NCBI GenBank assembly: GCA_020853395.1
Contig: JADYYY010000013.1
Location: forward strand, 109,521-173,520
From: Acidobacteriota bacterium
GTDB lineage: Bacteria; Acidobacteriota; Vicinamibacteria; Vicinamibacterales; SCN-69-37
DNA length: 64,000 bases
Direction: 5' to 3'
In this document: positions 19,970 to 29,202 of the stretch, one piece after another
Layout of the letters: every line of letters begins with the position of its first letter
Position numbering within the stretch: position 1 is the first letter of the stretch
The notes under the pieces: generated by a model
Database searches by the model: none
Seen by the model: only the letters and a program-made list of their open reading frames with translations
What the model was told of the DNA's origin: nothing
Made by a program: the position numbers and the translations under genes

Positions 19970-21886
19970 ATGACATCACCGTCGTCGTCCACATCGATGT
20001 CGCTCGAGCTCCGTGACGGCATCGCCGCCGAGTACGGCGATCTCTTCACCCCCGCAGTGCGGCAGGCGTTGGCCGCGCTCTCGCGGTTCGAGGCCGAGCG
20101 GCGCGACGTCATGGCCAGGCGGCTGGAGCGCAGGGCGGCTCGCGCGCGCGACGGACGCCGGATCGCGTTCCTCGATCCGAGCGCCACGATTCCCCGCACG
20201 TCGATCACGGTGGAGGCGGCCCGGCGCGGCGACTTCCACGGCAGCGACATCCCGGCCGATCTCCAGCGGCAATGGATTCAGGGCACCGGACCCGCAACGC
20301 GGCCGCGCGCATCGCTCGAGGAGAGCCTGCGCAACGTCGCCTACGCGCTGCTGTCTGGCGCGGATGGCTGGATGTTCGACGGCGAGGATGCGCTCGGGCA
20401 GGTCGACACGATGTCGCTCGACAACCAGCGGAACTTGATGCTGGCGATTCACGACGATCCGCGTTTCCTGAACGTTGCCGAGCAGGTCGCCGTCGAGATG
20501 AACCGCTGGGCGGACGGGTTCTTCGGCCGCCGCATCATCGACGACTGGCGCGCAGAGTTGCGGTTCACGACGAAGCTGTTTCGCGCACGCGGGCTGCACC
20601 TCGACGACCGGCACGTGCGCTGCGCCGACGGTACCGGCTTCTCGGCCTCGATCGTCGACACGGTGCTCTACGTGGTGAACAACCACGACGCGCTGCGGGC
20701 CCGTGGCGCGACCGTCGCGATGTACCTGCCGAAGATCCAGACCGCCGAGGAGGCGGCGCTGTGGAACGACATGCTGTCGGCGCTCGAGACGCACCTGGAG
20801 ATGCCGGTCGGCGCCGTCAAGGTCTACGTGCTCGTCGAGCAGGTCGAGGCGTGCTTTCAGTTGATGGAGATCAGGGCCGCCCTCGGCCGCCATTTCGTGG
20901 GATTCAACACGGGGCGCTGGGATTACATCAACAGCGTCTCTGACGCGATGGCCTGGGACGCCGCGTTCGTCAACCCGAACATCGACGCGATCACGATGAC
21001 CTACGGCTACATGCGCCAGTACGAGGATCGCGTGCGCCGCGCGGTCAACACACCGGACCGCGATGGGCGCTTCGCGCTGTGGCAGGGCGGCATGGAGCCG
21101 AACATTCCGGTGGGCTCGGCCGCGGGCGTCGAGCACGGCATGAAGCGCGCGGTGGCCGGAGGTGAGCGCGAGCGCCGCGAGGGCGCGAGCGGCAAGTGGG
21201 TCGCGCACTGGAAGATGGTCCACATCGTGAGACCCGTCTGGGAACAGGCCGGCCAGGCCAACCAGCTCGGCCGCCAGTTCCCTCCGCTGACCTACACCGC
21301 GGAGGATGCCGGCGGGTTGTTCCTGCTCGAGCCCGCACCTCGCACCGTGCGCGGGGCGCGCGACCTGCTCAGCGTGGCGCTGCAGTACGGCAACGCGTTC
21401 CTGCGGGGCTTCCAGGCCGCTGCCTTGAAGCCCGCCGACTTCTTCGGCAACGACGACGTGCTCTACCTGATGGAAGACATGGCGACGGGGGAGATCCGCC
21501 TGAGCATCCTCTGGGAGTGGCTGCACAAGGGTGCCGCGCTCACCGAAGCCGACCCGGCCGCCGGCGTCGCCGCGGGCGACCGCTTCACGGAGGCGTTGTT
21601 CGCGCGGCTCCTCGAGGAGGAGCACGCCAAGCTCCTCGCGGCCGGCAGCCGGGACGTGCACGACGACTCGAAGCAGACGACGCTGCCGATCGCGCGCGAG
21701 ATCGTGCGCGCGTACGTCGGCGAGCCCGTCAAGGCGCCGTGGTACGTCGACCTGCTGAACCTGAACCTGACGAACGAGGATCTCGGGGAGGCGCGCCGGA
21801 GAATCCGCCTCTACCTGGACGACTTCCGAGCGCGGGGAGTGCGGCTGACGGCCAACGTCGACTTCACGGCCGACCGGCAGAGATGA
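19970..21886 (+). CDS. Malate synthase family protein (divergent, long 638-aa form)
   Basis: By eye it aligns to AceB. RARGLHLDDRHV matches RVRGLHLPEKHV, and MYLPKIQTAEEAALW...LVEQVEACFQLMEI...GFNTGRWDYINS matches FYLPKTQSWQEA...LIETLPAVFQMDEI...GLNCGRWDYIFS. LMEDMATGEI matches LMEDAATAEI. Confidence 0.85.
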   Translation: MTSPSSSTSMSLELRDGIAAEYGDLFTPAVRQALAALSRFEAERRDVMARRLERRAARARDGRRIAFLDPSATIPRTSITVEAARRGDFHGSDIPADLQRQWIQGTGPATRPRASLEESLRNVAYALLSGADGWMFDGEDALGQVDTMSLDNQRNLMLAIHDDPRFLNVAEQVAVEMNRWADGFFGRRIIDDWRAELRFTTKLFRARGLHLDDRHVRCADGTGFSASIVDTVLYVVNNHDALRARGATVAMYLPKIQTAEEAALWNDMLSALETHLEMPVGAVKVYVLVEQVEACFQLMEIRAALGRHFVGFNTGRWDYINSVSDAMAWDAAFVNPNIDAITMTYGYMRQYEDRVRRAVNTPDRDGRFALWQGGMEPNIPVGSAAGVEHGMKRAVAGGERERREGASGKWVAHWKMVHIVRPVWEQAGQANQLGRQFPPLTYTAEDAGGLFLLEPAPRTVRGARDLLSVALQYGNAFLRGFQAAALKPADFFGNDDVLYLMEDMATGEIRLSILWEWLHKGAALTEADPAAGVAAGDRFTEALFARLLEEEHAKLLAAGSRDVHDDSKQTTLPIAREIVRAYVGEPVKAPWYVDLLNLNLTNEDLGEARRRIRLYLDDFRARGVRLTANVDFTADRQR

Positions 21887-21920
21887 AAAGACCCACGCGC
21901 CGAGACTCGGCGCGTGGGTC
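21886..21920 (-). terminator. Rho-independent terminator of the RRM gene at 21941-22315; also closes the convergent malate synthase gene
   Basis: Perfect 15-bp stem GACCCACGCGCCGAG/CTCGGCGCGTGGGTC (21890-21920), followed on the minus strand by TTTTCA. Confidence 0.8.
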
Positions 21921-21940
21921 GCTGGTCGAGATCGGGACGG

Positions 21941-22315
21941 TTACCAGCGCGGTTCGCGCCGGCGGCCACCACCCCCGCTGCCACCGCGGCCACCGCCGCC
22001 GCCTCCGAAGCCGCCTCCGCGGCCACCGCCGCCGCCACCGTTGAAGCCCCCGCGACCGCCACCGCCGGCTGGCGGACGTGCTTCATTGACCGCGAGCCGC
22101 CGGCCGTCGAGCTCGGTCTCGTTGAACCGCTCGATCGCGGCGCGAGCCCCTTCTTCCGACGACATCTCGACGAATCCGAATCCACGCGATCGCCCAGTCG
22201 CCTGATCGCGCATCACGCGCACCGACTCGACCTGTCCCGCCTGCGTGAACAGATCTTCCAGCGCGCGCTCCTCCGTGTTGAAGGACAGATTGCCGACGAA
22301 CAACCTCCGATTCAT
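21941..22315 (-). CDS. RRM-type RNA-binding protein with a long Gly-rich tail (paralogue of 12691-13014)
   Basis: LFVGNLSF and RGFGFVEM. 124 aa from ATG 22315. It ends in RRREPRW. Confidence 0.9.
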   Translation of the reverse strand: MNRRLFVGNLSFNTEERALEDLFTQAGQVESVRVMRDQATGRSRGFGFVEMSSEEGARAAIERFNETELDGRRLAVNEARPPAGGGGRGGFNGGGGGGRGGGFGGGGGGRGGSGGGGRRREPRW

Positions 22316-22675
22316 GCACCCTCTTCTCGTCCGCACTCGCGGACGCGCCGCCTCGACGCGGCATACTGCAAATTAGCCCGGTGGCCCACCCACGATCTGC
22401 TGCTGGAACGAGAGAAGGATCGAGCGCTGCTCGGTGCTCCTGAACGATCCTGCGGACGGACTAAATTGGCTCCCCAGGATCGAGCATAGCGACTGCGCCA
22501 GGCCGAGGCAACGGGTTTTGCTCGCCGGGACGTGCGAGCCGACTCACGGTAATCTAGGCGGGACGCCACGGATGCCAGGTGGTCCCGCGGCCCAGGCGTG
22601 GTCACGCCGCGCGTTCGCGCCGTGGGTGGCGCACGTCCCGTGTGTTCTTGCGTGAGAGGTTTCGGGGAGGGCGCG

Positions 22676-23341
22676 GTGGTCCAGCCAGGGCGTGTGGAGG
22701 TGATCGGCCGCGGCCGCGTGGGCGCCGCGTTCGCGGCCCGGTTCACGGCGCTCGGCCGCCTGGCCGAGCGCGACCCGCCGGACGTGACGATCCTCTGCGT
22801 GCCGGACGCCGCCATCGCCGATGCGGCCGGCCGGGTGCCGGCCGGCCGGTGGGTGGGCCACGTGAGCGGCGCGACGCCGCTCGCGCGGCTCGCGCCGCAC
22901 ACGCGCCGTTTCAGCCTGCACCCAGTCCAGACGTTCACTCGCTCGCGCGGCGCCGAGCAGATGGACGGCGCATGGGCGGCGATATCCGGCGAGACGCTCG
23001 AGGCACTCGAGATCGCGCGGACGCTCGCGTCCATGCTCGGCCTGCGGTCGTTCGTGCTCGACGACGAGCGGCGCGCGATCTATCACGCCGGCGCGGCGAT
23101 GGCCTCGAACTTCCTCGTCACGCTGCATCGCGCCGCCGTGCGCGCGTTCGAGGCGGCGGGCGCGCCGCCGGACGCGCTGACGCCTCTGATGCGCCGCACC
23201 ATCGAGAACGGCTTCGAGCTCACCGGGCCGATTGCCCGCGGCGATCTCCAGACCGTCGAGGCTCATCTCGCGGCGATCCACCGCGAGCTGCCCGACCTCG
23301 AGCCGATGTATCGCGCCCTCACCGAGGCCACGCGGCCATGA
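22676..23341 (+). CDS. Rossmann-fold / DUF2520-like oxidoreductase, candidate PanG-type ketopantoate reductase
   Basis: GTG 22676 follows GGGGAGG. VIGRGRVGAAF is a dinucleotide-binding loop. The C-terminal HAGAAMASNFLV...GPIARGD is typical of DUF2520 proteins. The stop overlaps the panC start (ATGA). Confidence 0.7.
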   Translation: MVQPGRVEVIGRGRVGAAFAARFTALGRLAERDPPDVTILCVPDAAIADAAGRVPAGRWVGHVSGATPLARLAPHTRRFSLHPVQTFTRSRGAEQMDGAWAAISGETLEALEIARTLASMLGLRSFVLDDERRAIYHAGAAMASNFLVTLHRAAVRAFEAAGAPPDALTPLMRRTIENGFELTGPIARGDLQTVEAHLAAIHRELPDLEPMYRALTEATRP

Positions 23342-24147
23342 TCGTCGCTCGGACGATCGCGCATCTCGATCGAGTGCTGGGCCGGCCACGATCCTCACGC
23401 GGGTTCGTGCCGACCATGGGCGCGCTCCACGCCGGGCATCTGGCGCTCATCGAGGCGGCGCACGCCGACTGCGAGCAGGTCGTCGCCAGCATCTTCGTCA
23501 ATCCGAAGCAGTTCGACGACCCCGGCGATCTCGCACGGTATCCGCGTCCCGAGGCCGACGATCTCGAGCAGTGCCGGGCCGCGGGCGTGGACGTGCTCTT
23601 CCTGCCGTCCGTGGACGAGATGTACCCGGCCGATCTGGCGACGTCGATCCACGTGGACGGGGCCGCGCTCGGCTTCGAGGGGGCCCATCGGCCGGGCCAT
23701 TTCGACGGCGTGGCGCTCGTGTGCGTGAAGCTCTTCGGCCTCGTGCGGCCGACGGTCGCTTACTTCGGCCAGAAGGACGCGCAGCAGGTCGCCGTGCTGC
23801 GGCAGGTCTGTCGCGACCTGAACCTGACGCTGGATCTCGCGGTCGTGCCGACCCGGCGCGACGCGGACGGCCTGGCCCTGTCGTCGCGCAACGCGCGGCT
23901 CTCGGCCGACGAGCGCGGGCAGGCGTTGGCGCTGCCGCGGGCGCTCCGGGCCGGCCTCGACGCCCATCGGCGCGGCGAGGATCCGGTGGCAGCGGCGCGC
24001 GCCGCGCTGGGCACGGTGCCGATCGACTACGCCGGCATCGCGACGTTCGACGGCGACCCGACGCTCGTCGTGGCGGCCCGCGTCGGCACCACGAGGCTGA
24101 TTGATAATGTACCGTTGGATCACCCGGCACGGGCCGGGCTCGAGTAG
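23338..24147 (+). CDS. panC: Pantoate--beta-alanine ligase
   Basis: FVPTMGALHAGHLALI (HIGH-like), FVNPKQF, GQKDAQQ and LALSSRN motifs. Confidence 0.93.
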   Translation: MIVARTIAHLDRVLGRPRSSRGFVPTMGALHAGHLALIEAAHADCEQVVASIFVNPKQFDDPGDLARYPRPEADDLEQCRAAGVDVLFLPSVDEMYPADLATSIHVDGAALGFEGAHRPGHFDGVALVCVKLFGLVRPTVAYFGQKDAQQVAVLRQVCRDLNLTLDLAVVPTRRDADGLALSSRNARLSADERGQALALPRALRAGLDAHRRGEDPVAAARAALGTVPIDYAGIATFDGDPTLVVAARVGTTRLIDNVPLDHPARAGLE

Positions 24148-24168
24148 CCCTCTCTCAGGAGGAACGCC

Positions 24169-25053
24169 ATGCCGGGCGAGTCCGCGCTGCCACCTGCGAA
24201 GCTGACGTTGCCCGCGATCGCCGACATGCGCGCGCGCGGCGATCGCCTGGTCATGGTGACCGCCTACGACATGCCCAGCGCGAAGCTCGCCGACGCGGCA
24301 GGCATCGACCTCGTGCTCGTCGGCGACTCGGCCGGCGACACGGTCCTCGGGTACCCCTCGACCGTGCCGGTCACCATGGACGAAATGCTGATCTTCACCC
24401 GCGCCGTCGCGCGCGGCGTGCACCGGGCGCTCGTCGTCGCCGACATGCCGTTCGGCTCCTACCAGGTCTCGGAGGACGTCGCGATCGCGAATGCGATTCG
24501 GCTCGTCAAGGAAGGCGGCGCCGACGCGGTCAAGCTCGAAGGCGCTGGGCGGACGCTCACGCGCATCAGCGGGATCGTGGACGCCGGCATCCCCGTCATG
24601 GGACACGTCGGCTTGACGCCGCAGTCGGCCGGCATGCTCGGCGGCTATCGCGCGCAGGGACGCACCGCCGCCGCCGCCACGCGCATCGTCGAGGAGGCGA
24701 TGGCGCTCGAACGGGCTGGTTGCTTCGCCCTCGTGCTCGAGGCGATCCCGGCGGTCGTGGCGGAGCGGATTACCGAGCGCCTGCGCATTCCGACGATCGG
24801 GATCGGCGCCGGACCTTCGTGCAGCGGGCAGGTCCTCGTCTGGCACGACCTCGTCGGTCTGAGCACGCGACGCCCGTCGCCGAAGTTCGTGAAGCAGTAC
24901 GCGGCCGTCGGAGAAGCGATCGGCGAGGCGCTGCGTGCCTACGCGAGCGACGTGCGCGCCGGCACGTTCCCCGAGGAGCGCCACACCTACTCGATGCCGG
25001 ACGCGGAACGGGAGCGGTTCGACGCGCCCCCGCTCGCCAAGCCGAGGGGGTAG
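24169..25053 (+). CDS. panB: 3-methyl-2-oxobutanoate hydroxymethyltransferase
   Basis: MVTAYD, LVGDSAG, ADMPFGSY, AVKLEG and IGIGAG motifs. Confidence 0.95.
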   Translation: MPGESALPPAKLTLPAIADMRARGDRLVMVTAYDMPSAKLADAAGIDLVLVGDSAGDTVLGYPSTVPVTMDEMLIFTRAVARGVHRALVVADMPFGSYQVSEDVAIANAIRLVKEGGADAVKLEGAGRTLTRISGIVDAGIPVMGHVGLTPQSAGMLGGYRAQGRTAAAATRIVEEAMALERAGCFALVLEAIPAVVAERITERLRIPTIGIGAGPSCSGQVLVWHDLVGLSTRRPSPKFVKQYAAVGEAIGEALRAYASDVRAGTFPEERHTYSMPDAERERFDAPPLAKPRG

Positions 25054-25056
25054 ATC

Positions 25057-25082
25057 GTGCCGGCGGATTCGGCCGCCGGCAC
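25057..25082. terminator. GC-rich hairpin between the convergent panB and csgG-like genes (no U-tract)
   Basis: 10-bp perfect stem GTGCCGGCGG/CCGCCGGCAC with a 6-nt loop. Confidence 0.45.
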
Positions 25083-25107
25083 GTCGGGACGAAGCGTTCG
25101 ACCGAGG

Positions 25108-26055
25108 CTAGCGGAGCGCGTTCGGAAGCGACACCGACAGCCTCGTGGCCACTTCCTTCACGGCCTTCTCGGTCGCCTCGCCGAGGATCGTCTCCCGGAA
25201 ATCGCGGCTGTTCATGTCGATGGCGCCGAAGTTCCCCTTGAACGCGCCGCCGAGCAGGATGCCTTTGCGGCTCGACTTGGCTTCGGCCTTGGCGCTCGCC
25301 AGGATCTCGCTCGTGCTCGAGTCGATCGCCCGCACGGTGAGCGCCACGGTGGCGGTCGTGTTCTTGGCGCCGGCGCCGCCGAGGAAGCGGCCCGCGACCG
25401 AGCCGGCCGCGCCGCCCACGTTGCGTTCCTCGCTGCCGAACTTCGTGATGGAGCCGGTAATCAGCACCTTGGCGCCGAGCACCTTGCCGAGCTGAGCGAC
25501 CTCGCGCGCGCTGGCGTCGGCGCGCGTGCTGTTCGCGAGATTCTGCTCGCTCAGCACCGACTCGATCCGCTTTCGCTCGAGCAGGCGGACCTCGCCGGTC
25601 TGCAGCAGCTCGTCGACGAGCATGTCCGAGACGCCCTTGCCGATGTTCCAGGTGCCGCTCCACCAGTGCTCGATGGCGCCGAACTCGAAGTCGAGCACGG
25701 CGGCCGTGGGCCGCGAACCGCGCGCTGCCGCCGTGTCGGCTGCCGGCGCGGCGGAGGGCGCCGCCGCCCGGGCCATCTCCTTGACGCGCGACTTCTCGAT
25801 GAACCCGAGGCGATCGAAGCCCGAGTTGTCCTTCGGCAGCCTGACCTGGTACCAGTTGCCGCTCGAGGCCACGACGTCGAGCACGGCGCCGACCGGGACG
25901 GTCATGACCACCGCGCTGTCGGCCGCGGCAGAGAGGTAGACCTTCGTGTCGGCGGAGGTGACCTGCACGGAACCGGCCTGCGCGGCGAGGGTGGTCGGGC
26001 CGAGCGCGAGGCCGGCTGCCATGATCGCCATGACGAGCATCCGAATGAGTCGCAT
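25108..26055 (-). CDS. CsgG/HfaB-family secretion-channel-like protein with an N-terminal SH3b-like domain
   Basis: Signal peptide MRLIRMLVMAIMAAGLALG, with no lipobox Cys. GNWYQVRLPKDNSGFDRLGFI is SH3b-like. The CsgG-like core reads AAVLDFEF...GKGVSDMLVDELLQTGEVRLLERKRIESVLSEQNL...LGAKVLITGSITKFG. Confidence 0.75.
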   Translation of the reverse strand: MRLIRMLVMAIMAAGLALGPTTLAAQAGSVQVTSADTKVYLSAAADSAVVMTVPVGAVLDVVASSGNWYQVRLPKDNSGFDRLGFIEKSRVKEMARAAAPSAAPAADTAAARGSRPTAAVLDFEFGAIEHWWSGTWNIGKGVSDMLVDELLQTGEVRLLERKRIESVLSEQNLANSTRADASAREVAQLGKVLGAKVLITGSITKFGSEERNVGGAAGSVAGRFLGGAGAKNTTATVALTVRAIDSSTSEILASAKAEAKSSRKGILLGGAFKGNFGAIDMNSRDFRETILGEATEKAVKEVATRLSVSLPNALR

Positions 26056-26253
26056 GAGCTGTACGCCTCCTGGGCGGACGAATGGTAACAAATACCGCCC
26101 TGGTTATCGGCAGCAATTCGCCCATTTCGCAGGGGCGTCGCCGCCAGCCGCCGTTGGCCCGGCAGGCATTTCGCAAGGCTGCACAGCGGACGCGGTGGGG
26201 CTTGCGCGACCGTCTACAATGACCGCAGGGCCACCGGGACCAGGGAGGGCGGA

Positions 26254-26994
26254 ATGGGGCGCCGGCTTCGAACGGGGACGTGGTCGGGGATGATGGTCGT
26301 CGGTCTTGCCGTGTCGCCGCTCGCGCAGTCGGGCGTGCGCCAGGCGGGCGTCGCGCCGGCTGCCGTGGAGCTGGCCGCGCACCGGCCTCAGGAATTCGCG
26401 GGCACGTGGACGTACAACGCCGATCAGAGCGTCAACGCCGCGACCGGCCGGCCCGAGCGGAGCCCGCGCGGCGCCACGCAGCGGGCTGGCGTCACGGCGG
26501 CGCGTTCTCCGGTGCCGGTCACGGCCGGCGTGCCGTCGAGCGCGATGGGTCCCATTGGCGGCGAGCCGGCCGGCACCGTGCCGCCGGGCGCCTTCGGGTT
26601 CAACCGGCCGAGCGACGTCGGGCCGACGGTCGCGATGATTCAGGAGAACAGGAGCCTCACGCGCGATCTGCTCGAGATCCCGGAGATGCTGACGATCCGC
26701 GTCGATCCACAGACCGTGACGTTCGTCGACGATCTGCAGCGCGTCCGGACCTATCCGGTGAGCGGCGAGCGCCGCAAGTACCAGCTCGGCGCAGCGCGGT
26801 TCAACGCGGCGACCTTCTGGAGCGGATCCCGGCTCGAGAAGAAGATCGACGCAGCCGACGGCTTCAGGATGACGGAAACGTACTTCCTCGATGAAGCGGC
26901 GAGCCGGCTGTTCGTTCTGCTGCGGGTTGGGTCGTCGCGCAAGGGCGCGCCCATGATGGCGCTCAATCGCGTCTACGATCGGCAGAATCAGTAG
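26254..26994 (+). CDS. Secreted hypothetical protein
   Basis: ATG follows GGGAGGG. It has an N-terminal hydrophobic segment and gene-like codon bias. I recognise no family. Confidence 0.7.
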   Translation: MGRRLRTGTWSGMMVVGLAVSPLAQSGVRQAGVAPAAVELAAHRPQEFAGTWTYNADQSVNAATGRPERSPRGATQRAGVTAARSPVPVTAGVPSSAMGPIGGEPAGTVPPGAFGFNRPSDVGPTVAMIQENRSLTRDLLEIPEMLTIRVDPQTVTFVDDLQRVRTYPVSGERRKYQLGAARFNAATFWSGSRLEKKIDAADGFRMTETYFLDEAASRLFVLLRVGSSRKGAPMMALNRVYDRQNQ

Positions 26995-27057
26995 CGCACG
27001 CCGCCTGCGCTCGAACTGGCGGCGGGCGCTCTGCCTCACTCCGCCCGCGCGCTCCCC

Positions 27058-28650
27058 ATGCGGTTCGCACTCGTCCTCGTGCTGCTCGCCGGCACGTCCT
27101 GCGTGTCGGCGCCGGCTCGGCGTCCGGCCGCCGTGGGTTCGCTCACGGCCGCCGATCGCGCCAGGCTCGACGGCTGCTACGACTGTCTTCTCGACGCGAG
27201 GGATGGCTATCGTGCCGCCGCGATCGGCCCGAACGAGATCCGCGCTCGCCTCCGCGAGTTCGAAACGGAACTGCTCATCGCGCTCAGGGAGCGCGAGTTC
27301 GCGGTCGACAACGCCCCGGCGCTCGCCCGCGCGGCCGCCCTCGCGTCCAGCCTTCCGGCCGGTCTCGAGGCGGCGCGCTACATCGAGCTCGTGGCCGCCG
27401 TGCCGCACCGCGGCGCAGGATGGGCGAGGCGCGACGCTGCGTCCTTCCGCGCCGCGCACGCCGACATCTTGCGAGACGTTGCCGGCCATGCGGCATGGGT
27501 ACGCGGCGGCGGCCTGATGCCGGCCGTCCGTGAGTACATCGCCCGGTCGATCGAGTGCGCGGCGCCGATGCCTGCGAGCCGGCCAGCCGACGTGGCTCCC
27601 CGCGTTCCGTCAGACGACCCGACGCCGCTGGCGCGCTACCGCGAGGCGACCTGCGGAGCCGTCGACGCGGCCACGCTCGGCGAGCTCCGCAGCCTCGTGC
27701 CGCGGTTCGTCGAGACGTCCTACTTCTTCGGGGAACTGGCGCTGAACGCCATCGCGCAGGCGAACGCGCTGAACCCGCATCAGCTCGTGATCGAAGCCGA
27801 GCGGCGGTTTCCCCAGTCGCCGCTCGTCCTCTTTCTCGCGGCGCGGCTGAAGCAGATCGTCGGCGACTGCACGGGCGCGCTGGCCGCATTCGATCGCCTG
27901 CTCGTGCTGGCGCCCTCGCACGAGGACGGCTGGCTCGGCCGCGTGATGTGCCTGACCGATCTGCTGCGGCACGCCGACGCCGTCGCGGCGGCGACGACGA
28001 TGATCGACGCCAGCGTCGACAACGCCGACGAGGCGCAGTACTGGCGCGCGTGGAACCTGCACGTCGTGGGCGATCTCCTGCGCGCGCGAGCCGACATCGA
28101 CTTCGTCCGCCAGCGCCGGCAGAACGCCGGCATCCTGTCGCTCGCCGGCGCGATCGAGCACGATCAGGAACAGCTCGATGCCGCGGAACGCGATCTGCGC
28201 GGCGCGCAGCGGATGGGCAGCGGCAAGGTCTGCCGGGCGTTCTGGTACCTGGGATCGGTGCTGCTGAAGACGCAGCGGCTGGCCGAAGCCGCCGCGACGT
28301 TCGACTCGGCGATGTCCTGCTACGACCAGGACGCGGCTACGCGCGAACGCCTCATCGCCACGACGCTGGCCGATCCGGCCGTGGACGCGGAGTTTCGGCG
28401 CCTGCAGACGGCGCGGTTGCGTGACGAAGTGCGCCTGCAGCGACATCAGCAGTACGCGTCGGCGTTCAACGTGGCGAGCATCCAGCTCGAACGCCGGGAC
28501 CAGGCGCAGGCGGTCCGCTATCTCGAGATTGCCGCGCAGGACCCGCAGCTTCGGGCCGAGGTCGCCAGGCTCCGGCTCGAGATCGATCGGCGCTCGCTCG
28601 AGGCGCCGCCCCTCACCGGCACCGCACCGCAATCCGTGCCGGTTCGATGA
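27058..28650 (+). CDS. Exported TPR-like repeat protein
   Basis: Signal-like MRFALVLVLLAGTSCVSA. The helical repeat region has TPR-like AxxAFDRLLVLAPSHEDGW and YWRAWNLH segments. Confidence 0.7.
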   Translation: MRFALVLVLLAGTSCVSAPARRPAAVGSLTAADRARLDGCYDCLLDARDGYRAAAIGPNEIRARLREFETELLIALREREFAVDNAPALARAAALASSLPAGLEAARYIELVAAVPHRGAGWARRDAASFRAAHADILRDVAGHAAWVRGGGLMPAVREYIARSIECAAPMPASRPADVAPRVPSDDPTPLARYREATCGAVDAATLGELRSLVPRFVETSYFFGELALNAIAQANALNPHQLVIEAERRFPQSPLVLFLAARLKQIVGDCTGALAAFDRLLVLAPSHEDGWLGRVMCLTDLLRHADAVAAATTMIDASVDNADEAQYWRAWNLHVVGDLLRARADIDFVRQRRQNAGILSLAGAIEHDQEQLDAAERDLRGAQRMGSGKVCRAFWYLGSVLLKTQRLAEAAATFDSAMSCYDQDAATRERLIATTLADPAVDAEFRRLQTARLRDEVRLQRHQQYASAFNVASIQLERRDQAQAVRYLEIAAQDPQLRAEVARLRLEIDRRSLEAPPLTGTAPQSVPVR

Positions 28651-28686
28651 TCACGGCGGCGCGAGACGTCGTGAGAAGATAAGCGG

Positions 28687-29202
28687 ATGGCCGTATACGC
28701 GCACTTCGAGACGACGCTGGGGAGTTTCACTGCTGAGCTGTTCGAGAGCCAGGCGCCGAAGACCGTCGGCGTGTTCGCCGGTCTGGCGGAAGGCAGCCTC
28801 GAGTGGACGCATCCCAAGACGGGGGAGCGGAAGAAGACGCCGTTCTACGACGGCCTGATCTTCCACCGCGTGATCGACGGCTTCGTCATCCAGGGCGGCG
28901 ACCCGCTTGGCCAGGGCTACGGCGGGCCCGGCTTTCAGTTCCCCGACGAGTTCCATCCGGACCTGAAACACGATCGGGCCGGCATCCTGTCGATGGCGAA
29001 CGCGGGACCGAACACCAACGGCAGCCAGTTCTTCGTGACGCTCGCGCCGACGCCGCACCTCGACCGGCGGCACTCCGTCTTCGGCGTGGTGACGAGCGGG
29101 CTCGACGTCGTGCAGTCGATCGGCAAGACGCCGACCGACCGCAACGACAGGCCCACGACGCCCGTCGTCATCACGAAGATGACGATCGAGCGGACGAGCT
29201 AG
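28687..29202 (+). CDS. ppiB: Peptidyl-prolyl cis-trans isomerase, cyclophilin type
   Basis: [31 protein letters not shown] and HSVFGVV motifs. There is no signal peptide. Confidence 0.93.
   Translation: MAVYAHFETTLGSFTAELFESQAPKTVGVFAGLAEGSLEWTHPKTGERKKTPFYDGLIFHRVIDGFVIQGGDPLGQGYGGPGFQFPDEFHPDLKHDRAGILSMANAGPNTNGSQFFVTLAPTPHLDRRHSVFGVVTSGLDVVQSIGKTPTDRNDRPTTPVVITKMTIERTS

Noticed and set aside
26160-26176. Additional sigma-54-like sites: cGGCAGgcattTcGCA at 26160-26176 (upstream of the 26254 gene) and aGGCACttcccaTGCc at 40411-40426 (plus strand, ~300 nt upstream of the M48 gene).
   Set aside because: Each has 2-3 mismatches, including the flanking T of the -24 element or the TT of the -12 element. 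In GC-rich DNA, GG-N10-GC matches of this quality are expected by chance. They are kept only as low-priority candidates.
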